NCBI RefSeq assembly: GCF_006345805.1
Contig: NC_043014.1
Coordinates: 26,908,001 to 26,972,000 of the forward strand
Direction: 5' to 3'
DNA from: Octopus sinensis
Lineage: Eukaryota
Length of the DNA: 64,000 nucleotides
This document shows, piece after piece, positions 25,566 through 38,119 of this stretch (the first letter of the stretch is position 1; every line of letters begins with the position of its first letter). Below the pieces are notes generated by a model. That model was not told where the DNA came from and searched no databases. It worked only from the letters and a program-made list of their open reading frames with translations. Position numbers and translations under genes: made by a program.

Positions 25566-26624
25566 AAGGAATATGCACATGCACACTCAGAGGTCGTTAT
25601 CAAATGAAACACGTGTAATGGAGAGTAGATAATACAATAAAAATTCCACTTTCCTGTTTGCTTTATATGTCATTTTTCATATTTCATGTTGTTTAGGTTT
25701 TGTTACATCCTATACCCATATATGCATATATATATACTTTAATATATATATATACATATATATATATGAAAGTATATACATATATGTATGTATATATGCA
25801 TATATATTTTTTCTATTTATATTATTACATGATTGAACGCTACGCATCCATTTCCATGTAAGTTTATCTTAATAATTTTGATGCGACTCTACCCTGTACT
25901 GTTCTCTCTCTCCCCCCTTTCATTTTCTTTCTATTCCTTTCCCTAATTCTTTTTTCTTCCCTTCTCCTTTCGTTTTTTCTCTCTCATCCTTTCTCTAATT
26001 CTTTTTCCCTTCACCGTTTTCTATCTGTCTGTCTGTCTCTCTTTCTGTTTTGTGTCTGTCTGTCTCTCTCTTTCTCACTCTCTCTCCCTCTTCCTCCTTT
26101 ACTCTATCTTGTTGCTCACGTGTGACCATCGTCCGTCTTTCTTTTTCTCACGTGATCATCTTTCTTTTCCTTCAGTCTTTCGCCCAGACCAGACGTATTC
26201 TTATCTGTCTCCCCTCTTATCTTTTCTCTTATCAAAGAATATTCCACCAGCATTCGCTACCCTATCTCGTCTGGCCATACGGCCCTCCATGTTTGTTTTC
26301 GTTTGATTATTTGTATGTCTCCACTGTCCGGTTTTTGTTACCAACTTTGATCCTCCGTAAATCCCAAATTTTATTTTGGTTCGCGGGAGCAACTATTTTT
26401 CGAAGCCACATATTATCGTGAATTGCTCGAAATGTGGAGTAGACAAACAGCCGACAACTGATGAAGGGTCGTTCTTTGTGTTACTTGTCTTGTTTTCCAT
26501 TTGTTTCTCTCGTTGTTCGCATACCCAGGTTTGTCTTCGTATTTCATGTTGTTTACGTTTTGTGATGTCCTGTACACATATATGCATGTATATATACACA
26601 TATATGTAAGTATGTATGTATATA

Positions 26625-26680
<56 letters not shown>

Positions 26681-26689
26681 ATTTCGATG

Positions 26690-27060
26690 GGTGAATGAAT
26701 TATCCTATGTTTACCGTTAACATGGAAAATTCAATGAACCGCTACCAGGGTAGCAAATTCACGTCAGAAACACGGTTGAAGCGACCTATCCAAAGGAAGA
26801 AACTCCGGGTTAATGTGCATTAATTTATGTGTTATAGATGAATAAATGAATAAATGGAGTTGAACGAAGATGTTAATAAAATTCCTTTACTTTCGACATA
26901 TGTTTCGAAGACAACATAGTTTTATTCCAAAGGAATAAACGGTGTAAGATGCAATCTTCTCATCAGGAAAGAAAGAGAATAAATCCATGTTGTCTTCGAA
27001 ACATATGTCGAAAGTAAAGGAATTTTATTAACATCTTCGTTCAACTCCATTTATTTATTT
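26690..27060 (-). mobile_element. Non-autonomous Penelope-like element: inverted arm, hammerhead-bearing repeat and tail, in (TA)n
   Basis: 26850-26918 is the reverse complement of 26987-27055. Intact hammerhead on the minus strand. TA runs on both sides. Confidence 0.75.
26890..26971 (-). ncRNA. Minimal type I hammerhead ribozyme, intact core
   Basis: CUUUC-CUGAUGA-GAAGA-[43 nt]-UCUUC-GAAA-CAUAUG-UC-GAAAG. Perfect 5-bp stem I, 5-bp stem II, palindromic stem III (ACAUAUGU) and GUC cleavage triplet. Confidence 0.85.
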
Positions 27061-27071
27061 ATTTATTTATT

Positions 27072-27107
<36 letters not shown>

Positions 27108-27118
27108 TATATATATAT

Positions 27119-27150
<32 letters not shown>

Positions 27151-27153
27151 AAT

Positions 27154-27187
<34 letters not shown>

Positions 27188-27276
27188 TAGATAGATAGAT
27201 AGATAGATAGATAGAATAGATAGATAGATAGTTATAGATATATATATATATATATATTAAAATCGTTACAAGTTAC

Positions 27277-27312
27277 CTGGGTTTCTGTGAGGATGGAAAA
27301 ACAAGCTGTCTA
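27277..27312 (-). other. Candidate 36-nt exon
   Basis: Minus strand: AATTTCAG acceptor and CAG/GTAACT donor. Splice signals only. Confidence 0.2.
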
Positions 27313-27620
27313 CTGAAATTAGTGGTCATACGTTACAATTTTCCTACTTTCAACTTTTGTAACCGTAATGCGAAGATGATTCTTTTTATAAAAGTATTTA
27401 TACACAGAACTAAACTACCAAAATGATGGTCAAAGGCCAGCGTACAGTACTACTATATTCAGTATGCCATTTCGGTAAAACTTTGTATGCTATCGGTCCA
27501 ACACGGGAGTTTCTACGAGGTCATTTGATCTGTTAGAAATAGCAATTTTCCATGAAAACCTTCATGCCGTCAGAAAGAAAAAAAACCCGGAAAGACATAC
27601 TAGACATTATGGTCCTAGAC

Positions 27621-27821
27621 CAGTGGTTTTCAACCAGGGTTCCGCCAGTACAGTCCAGGGGTTCCGCAAGAAGTTACAAAACTGCTAAAATCGGCAGTAA
27701 TTTTTAATTTTCTTGTGCAGATATGTGTGCATAAGACTATTAAATTATTGCACAGGGGTTCCCCGAGCCAGTGGAATGTTTCCTTGGGGTTCCGCTCCAG
27801 CAAAAAGTTTGAAAAGCACTG
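27621..27821. mobile_element. hAT-superfamily (Charlie-like) MITE, 201 bp
   Basis: Terminal inverted repeats CAGTGGTTTTCAAC / GTTTGAAAAGCACTG. Perfect 8-bp target duplication TCCTAGAC at 27613-27620 and 27822-27829. Confidence 0.9.
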
Positions 27822-28119
27822 TCCTAGACAGTCAATGTTTGAAATATCATAAAAGATCGTGACTGGGATTTCATGAATCTACTATAGCAGAGATGACAAG
27901 GTCTAAACAACAACTTCAACAACATCAACAACAATAGCTCGTGCACACCATTGTTATATTACAGCTAAGAAGACAGCTAATACGAATTAAATATTTCAAC
28001 GGTTGGCATCATGGTGACATCAATGATTAAATGGAAATCATTGAACCTCTCGGACGGTTGGGTGGTACCAACACCAACTCAAAGACAGAAACAACTCTCG
28101 AGAAGTATGTGTGCATACA

Positions 28120-28595
28120 TACGTACATACAAGCATAAATGCATATACATGTGTATGTATGTATGTATGTATGTATGTATATATGCATGCATGCATGCAT
28201 GCATGTATGTATGTATGTATGCATGCATGCATGTATGCATGCATGCATGCATGCATGTATGTATGTATGTATGAATGTATGCATGAATGCATGCATGTAT
28301 GTATTTATGTAAGTATGTATGTATGTATGTATGTATGCATGCATGTATGTATTAATGCATGTATGTATGTATGTATGCATGCATGCATGCATGTATGTAT
28401 GTATGTATGTATGTATGTATGTATGTATGTATGCATGCATGCATGTATGTATGTATACATGTATACATGTATGTATGTATGTATGTATGTATGCATGCAT
28501 GCATGTATGTAAGTATGTATGCATGCATGCATGCATGCATGTATGCATGTATGTATGTATGTATGTATGTATGTATGTATGTATGTATGTATGTG
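28120..28595. repeat. Mixed (TATG)n/(CATG)n tetranucleotide satellite
   Basis: Directly visible; similar tract at 58290-58480. Confidence 0.95.
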
Positions 28596-29175
28596 CATGG
28601 GCATAATCACGTATAGTAACAGGAAAACGGAGGTAGAACGATCTTTGGCTCGTCACTTCTTGCGTGTACGCGCGTGTGTGTGAGAGAGAGAGAAAGAAAG
28701 AAAGAGAGAGCATATCTGTGTGCATGCATGCATGTGTATGTGTGCATGTGTATTTATGTGTGTGTACGTGTGTGTGTGTGTGTGTGTTTGTGTGTGTGTT
28801 TCTATGAGTGTGTATTTAGGGCGCAGCCTTTCACTTTTGCATGTTTGGTTCAACAAACGACTGGCAAGTCAATTAGTCTATTAACCAATTTCATATTGCA
28901 GTTATTTAAATATATTCTCTGCATAGCATCATATTAATAAAGGAAAGTGGAGTATTACAGTTCCCGTGCTGAGAAAAATAGAAAGGTTAGCTGAGCTAAT
29001 AATATACTTTTGCATGTCGATGACTGGGTGCACGCGTGTGTGTGTGTGTGTGCGTATACGTACATACACACACCTATTAAATATCGTTTTATATGCCTAA
29101 TATGATATACATATATATATATATATATATACGCAGACATACATATATATACATAAATATCTATATATGTGTATG

Positions 29176-29219
<44 letters not shown>

Positions 29220-29479
29220 TATACATACATAAACTAATGGAAAAGAGGGCATAATTTTTTATTAACTGACAAAGGTTGTTCAAATTTCACACGTTTGGTA
29301 AAATAATTCTTTCTCTCTAATAACCCTTCTTCCTGTTCTTCATTACAGGCAATTAATGAGTTCCAAGCAGAAGCAACATACCGTTATTTGGTTCTTGATG
29401 AAGGTGAGTTACAGACCATCCAACAACCACTGATGTCTGTTGATTGTTTGCTGAGATGACCCCCCCCCCCACCACCACC

Positions 29480-30180
29480 ACTGTTAAGGACAATGTGCAC
29501 AGAAGGATGAATTTTAAAGAAGGGGAAACCAGTATTGAAAACGAACCATTCAGTGAGTAACGATCGGCTGCGGCCACTGACACAAAGCACCGGCGAATGA
29601 ACGAAAAAGAAAACGAGCCAAAACCTGTGAGCTTGATACACAACTTGACTGTGGTTACAATGCATTACAGAAGGTGGTGAAAGGTTTGTGGTATCAAAAA
29701 GGGTGTACAAAGTGGATATCTCAGCAATTGATTTGAAGAGGAGAAGGCTGGAAGTCTGCTCTGATCTTCTGGAAGCGCTTGACGCCAACCAGGACTTATT
29801 TTTTACGCTCTAGTGACAGAAACAAAGTCTCATTCCATGAAACGACGCTACATCTGTTCTCTAGGGTTTAAAATATTCATGAGCCAGTGATCGGTACAGA
29901 AAGTCAAGGTAACTTGTTTTGCGAGATGACTAGAACGTAATTCTCCTTGAATATCTGGAACGTGGTAGCACCGTGAAAAACGGACAGTACATTGTGACTT
30001 TCAAATAGCTTAGAGAAGCCATTAAAAGAAAGAGACCGGACTAAAACGATCAACAATCACCATGACAATACGTGAACATACATCCTTGACAAAAAATCAG
30101 TCAATCGAAAAATTTCGTTGGTCAGTGACCCTCCATCGACCATACAACCAGGATCTGATGTCGTCTGACTCCCGTCCAAC
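29480..30180 (+). pseudogene. mariner-family transposase relic
   Basis: FKEGETSIENEP; ILLEYLERGSTV...Y...LREAIKRKRP; HHDN; LHRPYNQDLMSSD (decayed HPPYSPDLAPSD). Many stops and frameshifts. Confidence 0.75.
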
Positions 30181-30319
30181 GCCAGACAGTTTTGCTGGAC
30201 GCAGAGTTCGGTTCAACAATAGTAAAGATGCATCATAGAGGAAGAGTTATTCTACCAAAGAGTGCAATTTGAACAACCTCCGTCACTTAATGAAAATGTT
30301 GTTCCCACTTTTAAATTGC

Positions 30320-30750
30320 ATCCGGCACAACATTTTATTTCAAGATTTCTTGCCAATTCATTAGAATTCCAACATCAATAACAGGATATTTTTATGTATG
30401 TATGTATGTATGTATGTATGTATGTATGTATGTATGTATGTATGTATGTATGTATGCATGCATGTATGCATGCATGTATTTATGTATGTGTGCTGGTTTG
30501 TATGTTGTGCTTTACATATGTGTTCTCATGCATATAGTTGCATATCTAGATATTCATATATATTTAAATCATAAACTTCTGGAAAGTTTTACAGATTTTT
30601 ACAGTTCCAGTGATGGACTGGATTTGTAGTCTTCGAATTAGCTTTCTCCTTTCTGGTTTTGAGAAGCCTAATTTCTCAAGATTGGTATTTAGGCAGTGTG
30701 TTACGTATCCTAGGACCCCAATAATTACAGGTATAAACCTGAACTTGTAG
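30320..30750 (-). mobile_element. R4-like family C 3' end with internal (CATA)n in the 3' UTR
   Basis: [19 protein letters not shown]...IQSITGTVKICKTF is homologous to 38600-39010. Confidence 0.8.
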
Positions 30751-30849
30751 TATGTATGTATGTATGTATGTATGTATGTATGTATGTATGTATGTATGTA
30801 TGTATGTATGTATATCACAGTATCGCAGTATTGAAGTATCGACCACATC

Positions 30850-31095
30850 ATCAGATGGTATTGCTCACTACTGGCCACAATGCACTTCTAGTTCTGTCTT
30901 GATTGCGCCATTCTTTTCCAACTTGACCCAAATCACTTCAATAAGTCGTCTCTCCATTGTCGTTAAAGCCTTCCAAGTGGCATTTTCCAATCTTTAGGAT
31001 GACACTCGGCATGTTGTCTGTGAGTCTTGCAACATGTTCGGCCCAATGGAAACTATGATTTCGGTATTCTGCGATCACATCGTTCACTACACTCC
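30850..31095 (-). mobile_element. RTE-clade LINE C-terminal fragment
   Basis: Minus-strand HWAEHVARLTD...GR...WRDDL...WKRMAQ pattern. Confidence 0.6.
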
Positions 31096-31506
31096 GTTCT
31101 CATGATCTCATTTCGAATATACTCTCGTAATAATATTCCTAGCATGGATCTTTATTTTATCTTATGTTTATCACAGGTATTATATTAATCTATTTATATA
31201 TTTATTTACTTATTTTTAATATCTCTCTCTCTCTCTATTTCTCATAAGTATCACAGGTAAATGCATGTATGTCAATTGTGTGTGTATTACCCTGTATGTT
31301 TCTGTGTATCATTTACGGTTTTCCCCCTCTCTCTTCTCATCCGTACTGTCTTTAGTCATGTGACGTGGAGATGGGTGTTACTGTTCCATTTGTGTTTCCT
31401 ATAGAGGTTCGGTCTCTCTACTGTTATGCGTGTAGCCTCTGTGATCTAAGTGTAGTGTCTGTCAGTTATATGTGTCGACAGTACTTTAACGTATCAATAC
31501 CTTGAC

Positions 31507-31800
<294 letters not shown>

Positions 31801-32299
31801 AGAGAGAGATTTAAAATACCGCCTTAAGGGATGGAAAATACTCAGTGAATTACTGGTTTGTTACCTAATATTTTGTTGTGAATGGTAATATTCCTAAAAT
31901 AATACTTTTAAGTCTAAATCTTCGTTTACAAATATTCAAACTGAAATCCAGAAAATGGAGAAGTAGCGTAAATATAATTTATTAACTGCAAAAATTCAAC
32001 ATGTTCACTTACAGCTGTTTCGATTATGCCCAAAAGAATTAAATTCCAGTAATTAATGTGTGTGAATGTGCGTGCGCGTGCGTATGTGTGTGTGAGTATG
32101 AAACTGATAAACTAAATACAATTTACGCTAAAAATTTGCTGTTTTATTTTTATTAAACTACCAGCACCTTTAGAGCAAAACTTTTGAAAGCTGTCCGTCT
32201 GCTTTACTGCCTCTCTCCATTTGTTGTTTCGACTGGACAACATATTGCATCTTATATGTAAGATGAAGTGATGAGCTGTCAAAATCTTTAGAACTTCGG

Positions 32300-32458
32300 A
32301 CAAAATGCGTAACAGCATTTCGTCCGTCTGTACATTTTGAGTTCAAATTCTGCTGAGGGTCACTTTGCTCTCATTCTTTCTGGGTCGATAAAATAAGTAC
32401 CAGTTGGATACTGCCCTCCTCCTCCGAAATTACTGGCTTTGTGCCAAAATTTGAAACT
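32300..32458 (+). mobile_element. SINE family S2, 5'-truncated
   Basis: TTTCGTCCGTCTG...GAGTTCAAATTCTG...TTGTGCCAAAATTTGAAAC. Confidence 0.75.
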
Positions 32459-32719
32459 AATAATTTATTTTAAATTGAACAATAAAAGAACTGAAAAATT
32501 TTTAAGTACACAAAGCACATTGCTTCTGCTGAATTCCCGTGTGCCAGGAAATGCATAATTTAAGCACGTAAATTATGCTGTTTTTGTTTTTTCTTCTTTT
32601 TACAAAAATTCTTTTACACCATTTAAAATATTTCGTTACATTTTCTTAGATTTTATAAATTTTAAATTCGTCGACGCACATACAATTACTGTTTCTAACG
32701 ATGCACACTCTCCAAATAT

Positions 32720-34715
32720 AACATCGATATTGCATGCCTCTCTGAAGTTAGACTTCCTGATTCTGGTTATCGCAAAATCAAAGTACCCCAACACGACGCA
32801 TCATACCATCTCTACCACAGTGGACAAACTAATAGCTCTGGCCTTCATGGAGTTGCCTTCGCCCTCAACGATCGCGCCAATGCATCACTCCTTGCCTGGG
32901 AACCTATCTCCCCCCGTCTAGCCCGTATCAGCCTCAAAGGTTCAGCTATCAATATCAGTGTCATTGTTGTCTATGCTCCCACTCTCAACACTTCTGATGA
33001 AGATAAAGGCTCCTTCTATGATGCTTTGCAGGCAGTTGTTGATCGCATACCCGCAAGTGACATTCTAATCATCGCAGGCGATTGGAATGCCAGCACAGGA
33101 CCAAGTAACACCACTAACGACCACATACTGGGACGGTTTATGATTGGCAACCAATGCGCCAATGGTGAAAGGCTTATTAATTTCGCTGCTACAAATCATC
33201 TTACTGTTTCCCGTACGCGCTTTCAACATCCATGGCGCCACCTTCTTACCTGGTACTCCAATGACGATGTCACAGCAAACTAGATTGACCATTTTCTCGT
33301 TAGAAGCCGCTGGTCGTCGAGCGTCCTTGATTGTTGAATGTTCAGAGGCGCAGAAACCGGCAGCGAACATGGTTCCGATCATATATTAGGACGGGAAAAA
33401 CCACGTCTTCCATCTTAAGGCCGTCAAGTCTCGCTCTAAGCCTCTAAGATACGGTATCTCGAAGCTAAAAAGTAACCCAACCGAACATTTATTCCGTATC
33501 GAATTAACAAATCGGTTTAACGGGCTCGAAGTCCTTCAATCTGCTTCCTCAGATGAAGTCTGACAAACGGTCAAACACAATCTTTAATCCGTGATGTTCA
33601 CAACACTCGGCACTACTAAGTGAAAAGACTAAGATTGGATCTCGGGCCGAACAATCGAAATTGCTGAAAAAGCGAAACAAGCTCGATGCAACAAATCCGA
33701 TACCTTCAGACAACTGCGCCGTGAAGCTGCCCGTTCTGCCCGCGCTGATCGAAATAAATTCTGGAGGACGGTAGCTGAAGACATGGAACGCGCTGCATCT
33801 GCTGGGGACTCCCGTAAACTCTACAGCCTCCTTCGATCGAGCACAAAGACAGGCTGGAGTGATAACGAAACCATTTTGGACCAGAATGGCGATCCCATCA
33901 TCAATCTCACTGAGCGCATCATCCGCTGGAGAGCCCATTTCGCCAATCTGCTGAACGATTCCAATCAGAACGTGACTCTAGAACCACTGCACCGATAAGA
34001 CGAATCCTCGAACACCCTTGGTGCTTTCAGCAAAAAACAGTCATCTGCTTTGTTGAATTTGTTGCAGCATTCGACTCCGTCGATCGTGACACCCTCTGGA
34101 AGGTCATGCAGGCAGATGGTATCCCACCTAAACTTCTCAATCTTATCAAAGCTTATTACCGCTCAACAAGATCCCGCGTACGCGTGTACGGTGAAGTGTC
34201 GGAACCCTTCGAAATACGGTCTGATGTTCGGCAAGGATGTGTTCTTTCGTCGACTCTTTTCAATTACGCCATCGACTGTAATTGAAATGCACTAAGGGAG
34301 TTTCCCGGTGTCACTGTGGGTCACAACTTTTCCGTCAAGGATCTAGACTACGCAAATGACATTTCGATACTTGGCGAAACATTTGCTGACGTCTGCGTTG
34401 GTTGGGTCATGCCCTCCGTCGTCAACCAGGAGAATTCATCTACGAAGCAATTGCCCCAGCTCCCCTTCAGGGTTGGCGAAAACGATGTGGTGGACAACGA
34501 AAACCTGGCTGATGACAGTCAAGGCTGATCTTGAACCCAACCTAGGCCCCCATGTCTACGGCGTTCGCCGCTGGAATAAGGAGTGGTTGGAGATCACGCA
34601 GTCGTTAGCCTCAAATTGCCAGGCCTGATCGGCGTTTGTGAGAGATGCAGCATTGAGGATGAATGAAGCCAGCTCAACCCAACCCGGGTGAATGCTGCCA
34701 AGTCAAGTCAAGTCA
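32720..34715 (+). mobile_element. RTE-clade LINE, decayed, with APE domain and internally deleted RT
   Basis: APE motifs SEVRLPDSG, HGVAFAL, VVYAPT, IIAGDWNA, IDH, SDH. RT remnants AFDSVDR and DLDYAND. (CAAGT)n 3' tail at ~34698-34715. Confidence 0.88.
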
Positions 34716-35224
34716 TCATATAGCGGTTTAATTTTATAATCTACTTCGTACTTTCGGAGTGAAAATTATATTTTATAATACAAGTCTAAATATATCCATC
34801 TTTTATTATCTCCCCCCTCTCTCTCTCTCTCACACATATACACATGTGCGCATCCAGACACACACGTCTACATATCTAAGATATTAATCAAAGATTGTGG
34901 TTTGAATTCCTACCTGTCTCTTATATTTTCCCTTTTGCATTTGTTTGTTTGTTAGTTACAGCCTTTTGAGATCTGAAATTGTCAAAGACAAATTCATTGA
35001 AGTCCAAAAGCTATCAAAATTACTTATAACTGGAACAGGGATTTCTAGCTCTGACCCCAGGAATTGGAGTAGCTATGAAACCCTAAACACGAACTCTTAT
35101 ATAAAACTGTTTAAGGGGAATTCCTTTAGGTGTAGAACATTTTAAAAACGGTTTTTAGAATACTTCAGATGTTACTTACAACAGAACAGCGAACCATTCT
35201 CTTTCAAATATATGATATACTATA

Positions 35225-35281
<57 letters not shown>

Positions 35282-35283
<2 letters not shown>

Positions 35284-36058
35284 ACTTATAAATGAGGGCT
35301 AAAGAAAATTATTTCAATGCCAATATGCTGATAACAGACTTTTAAATCGTCAATTTCCACATATTATTTACCCGCTACAGAAAAAAACACGAAGAACTGA
35401 AATCGGGGAAGCCGGCCGATAGAATTTTTTTTAAAGTTCGTTATTTCTATATTGAATCAATACCGTAAAGGTATTTTAATATGCTGCCACATTTTTTGAT
35501 GGAATTTTTTTTCTGTAAAAAAACTTCATCCTATATTAGTAGTAGACTTATTACTACTCGCTATAGGGACTGGTAACCACTATAACCTGTAGTGGAGAAC
35601 AGTCAACACATTGTGCTGGGGCTGACCAAAGAATTTTATTTTTAGATATATCTGGGGTACTTATATGTACTCATGATTTTTGCTTCGGCTTTTTTCCATG
35701 GGTGCATGTAAGTATCTTATTTATATCCTTTCGTATGTTCTACTGAAGAGGAAAGAATTTTTTATGAGATTAATTCCGAAATTGATTCAATATAAAAATA
35801 ACGAACTTTTAAAAAAAATTCTATCGGCCGGCTTTCCCCGATTTCAGTTCTTCGTGTTTTTTCTGTAGCGGGTAAATAATATGTGGAAATTGACGATTTA
35901 AAAGTCTGTTATCAGCGTATTGGCATTGAAATAATTTTCTTTAGCCCTCATTTATAAGTTGTTTATAATTTTAACCGTAAAGGTATTTTAATATGCTGCC
36001 ACATTTTTTTATGGAATTTTTTTTCTGTAAAAAAACCTCTTCCTATATTAGTAGTATA
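35282..36058 (+). mobile_element. Non-autonomous Penelope-like element with inverted arm and direct terminal redundancy
   Basis: 35282-35460 is inverted relative to 35780-35962. 35461-35545 is directly repeated at 35975-36058. TA flanks; hammerhead-like core at 35736-35795. Confidence 0.7.
35736..35795 (+). ncRNA. Degenerate hammerhead-like motif
   Basis: CTGAAGA-GGAA-[loop]-TTCC-GAAA-TTGAT-TC. Stem II is intact; stems I and III are imperfect. Confidence 0.45.
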
Positions 36059-36080
36059 TATATATATATATATATATACA

Positions 36081-36800
36081 TACAAAATGAGAAAATGGAG
36101 AAATATATCTAAATCAATCATCAACTATCAGATAATACCCAATCAATACTTTATTAAACCACTACACAATAGCAATGATATTATACATTAATATAGTACA
36201 AATATAACAAGACATAGAAATAGAAATAGAAATACATTTACATTGTAGCTGACAGCTGTTTCGGCCGTGAAGACAGGTATGTCCCATTTAACCTATTAGC
36301 CATATAAAGCAGGTATAAATGAGACATTAACAAGAATATCTCACGGCCTCTTCAGAGATAGAGGCCGTGAGATATTCTTGTTAATGTCTCATTTATACCT
36401 GCTTTATATGGCTAATAGGTTAAATGGGACATACCTGTCTTCACGGCCGAAACAGCTGTCAGCTACAATGTGAATGTATTTCTATTTCTATTTCTATGTC
36501 TTGTTATATTTGTACTATATTAATGTATAATATCATTGCTATTGTGTAGTGGTTTAATAAAGTATTGATTGGGTATTATCTGATAGTTGATGATTGATTT
36601 AGATATATTTCTCCATTTTCTCATTTTGTATTATTAATTTACGGTAAAAATAATTTTACCTTTGCCCACGTAATACAGTAGATGAATTAATTGCATCGCA
36701 ATTTTTAACATTTATGTATTAGCTTTGTTGGGGACTTCTCTAGCAGTATATTGGATATATGTTATCCCATGGAGGGTTGAATTTACAACCCCTATCTCAT
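36081..36800 (+). mobile_element. Penelope-like foldback element (family F): 270-bp inverted arms, 10-nt loop and 170-bp tail
   Basis: 36081-36350 versus 36361-36630 (one mismatch seen). The tail is shared with the copies at 43.4 and 51.6 kb. TA flanks. Confidence 0.85.
36246..36360 (-). ncRNA. Minimal type I hammerhead ribozyme, near intact
   Basis: UAUCU-CUGAAGA-GGCCGUGA-[70 nt]-UCACGGCC-GAAA-CAGCUG-UC-AGCUA. 8-bp stem II, palindromic stem III, stem I 4 of 5 bp. Confidence 0.78.
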
Positions 36801-38119
36801 TATATATATATATATATATATAAAAAATACAAAATGGGACAAGAACGCAAAACATCCGGACAGCTAGGTGATACAAAAAGGGACTACAAAACTTCCAGAT
36901 AGACGATACCAAGAAAACAAGGACGGGTCACCCGAAGCCCTCTATCCTCAGTCAAGCACCAGATTATCCTTACAATTTTGGCTGATTATTCTTGAGATTG
37001 CTCCAATCTGGTCAGCCCCAAGGAAAAACTAAGCTAAGAGCGTTAGATTCCTTGGAAGAAAGCAGCAAATGTATACAAAAACAAGGACGGAAAAAACGGA
37101 CAAAGTTACACGTGCTACTATTAGTTTCATGTGCTGAGAACATGCCAATTGGTTTATAACACATCTGCTGTCCCAATACAATCATCAGACACAGCCCACA
37201 TGACATAACGAACGAACGAATAGGATGAGAGAAAAAGAGAGAAAACTGGAATGTTGAAAAAGCGGAAAACGAAAGAATAATCAGAAAGAAACAAAGGGAG
37301 AATAAGATTATTTCCTTTAAACCATAAATTACAAAGCTGAAAAGGTAGTGGCTTAAGGCCTATGTAACAGTTATTTAACCCGATGGGGAGGTACTTCCTA
37401 ATTCTTCAATAGGAAGTTAGGCATATGCTTATAACCGCTGAACATTTCGGATCTAGAGTTCAGTAGTGCGTTAGAGTTATTAGATTTAAAAAGAATGTGA
37501 GTTCTTTCAGCTATGCATAACTTACATTTTTTTTATCCGTCAACGTATGGTGTGGATTTTTCGACTATTTTCCACTTAATCGCATAATAGTGTCGCCGTA
37601 TAAACCGCGTGTATCTCGTGAACGCCTTCCGGCATCGGTCGCGGGTACGTCCACGCATACGCGGGCCATACCGCGAGCTTAATAGCGTTGCCCCATATAT
37701 ATCGGATTTAGATAATAACACAACCGATAAGAAGAGGGAGATAGTACCTTGATGACATTTTGGGCAGCTGCTAATCATATGTGTAATATCTTCCACAGAA
37801 ATATGATATACTGAACCGAAAAAGAAACGTGATTTTTTCAAATGTCATTTTTATAAGGTAAATTCTGAAAATTTATTTCGGGGATGTAAGTGCAAACATT
37901 CCAAAACATGCTGGTTTAGGCTGAGACCCAAATTGCAGGTAACTTTTCAACTTTCCCTGAAACAAAACGCCAAAATGCAGCTGCGTTTTATGCCGTGGAT
38001 GGAAGCCGTAAACAATTGTCATGAAAACTGAAATGCACTTACATCTCGTGGAGGTTCTGGGTATAAAAATCAACTTGAACCGCGTCCAGGGCGTTCGTAA
38101 TTTGGACGCATCAGGTATG

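Noticed and set aside
26455-26480. CTGATGA motif as a hammerhead
   Set aside because: No downstream GAAA or pairable stems.
36830-37130. Minus-strand CTGAGGA in a TA-adjacent repeat as a hammerhead
   Set aside because: GAAA core absent and stem I not complementary in this copy; left as an unclassified repeat.
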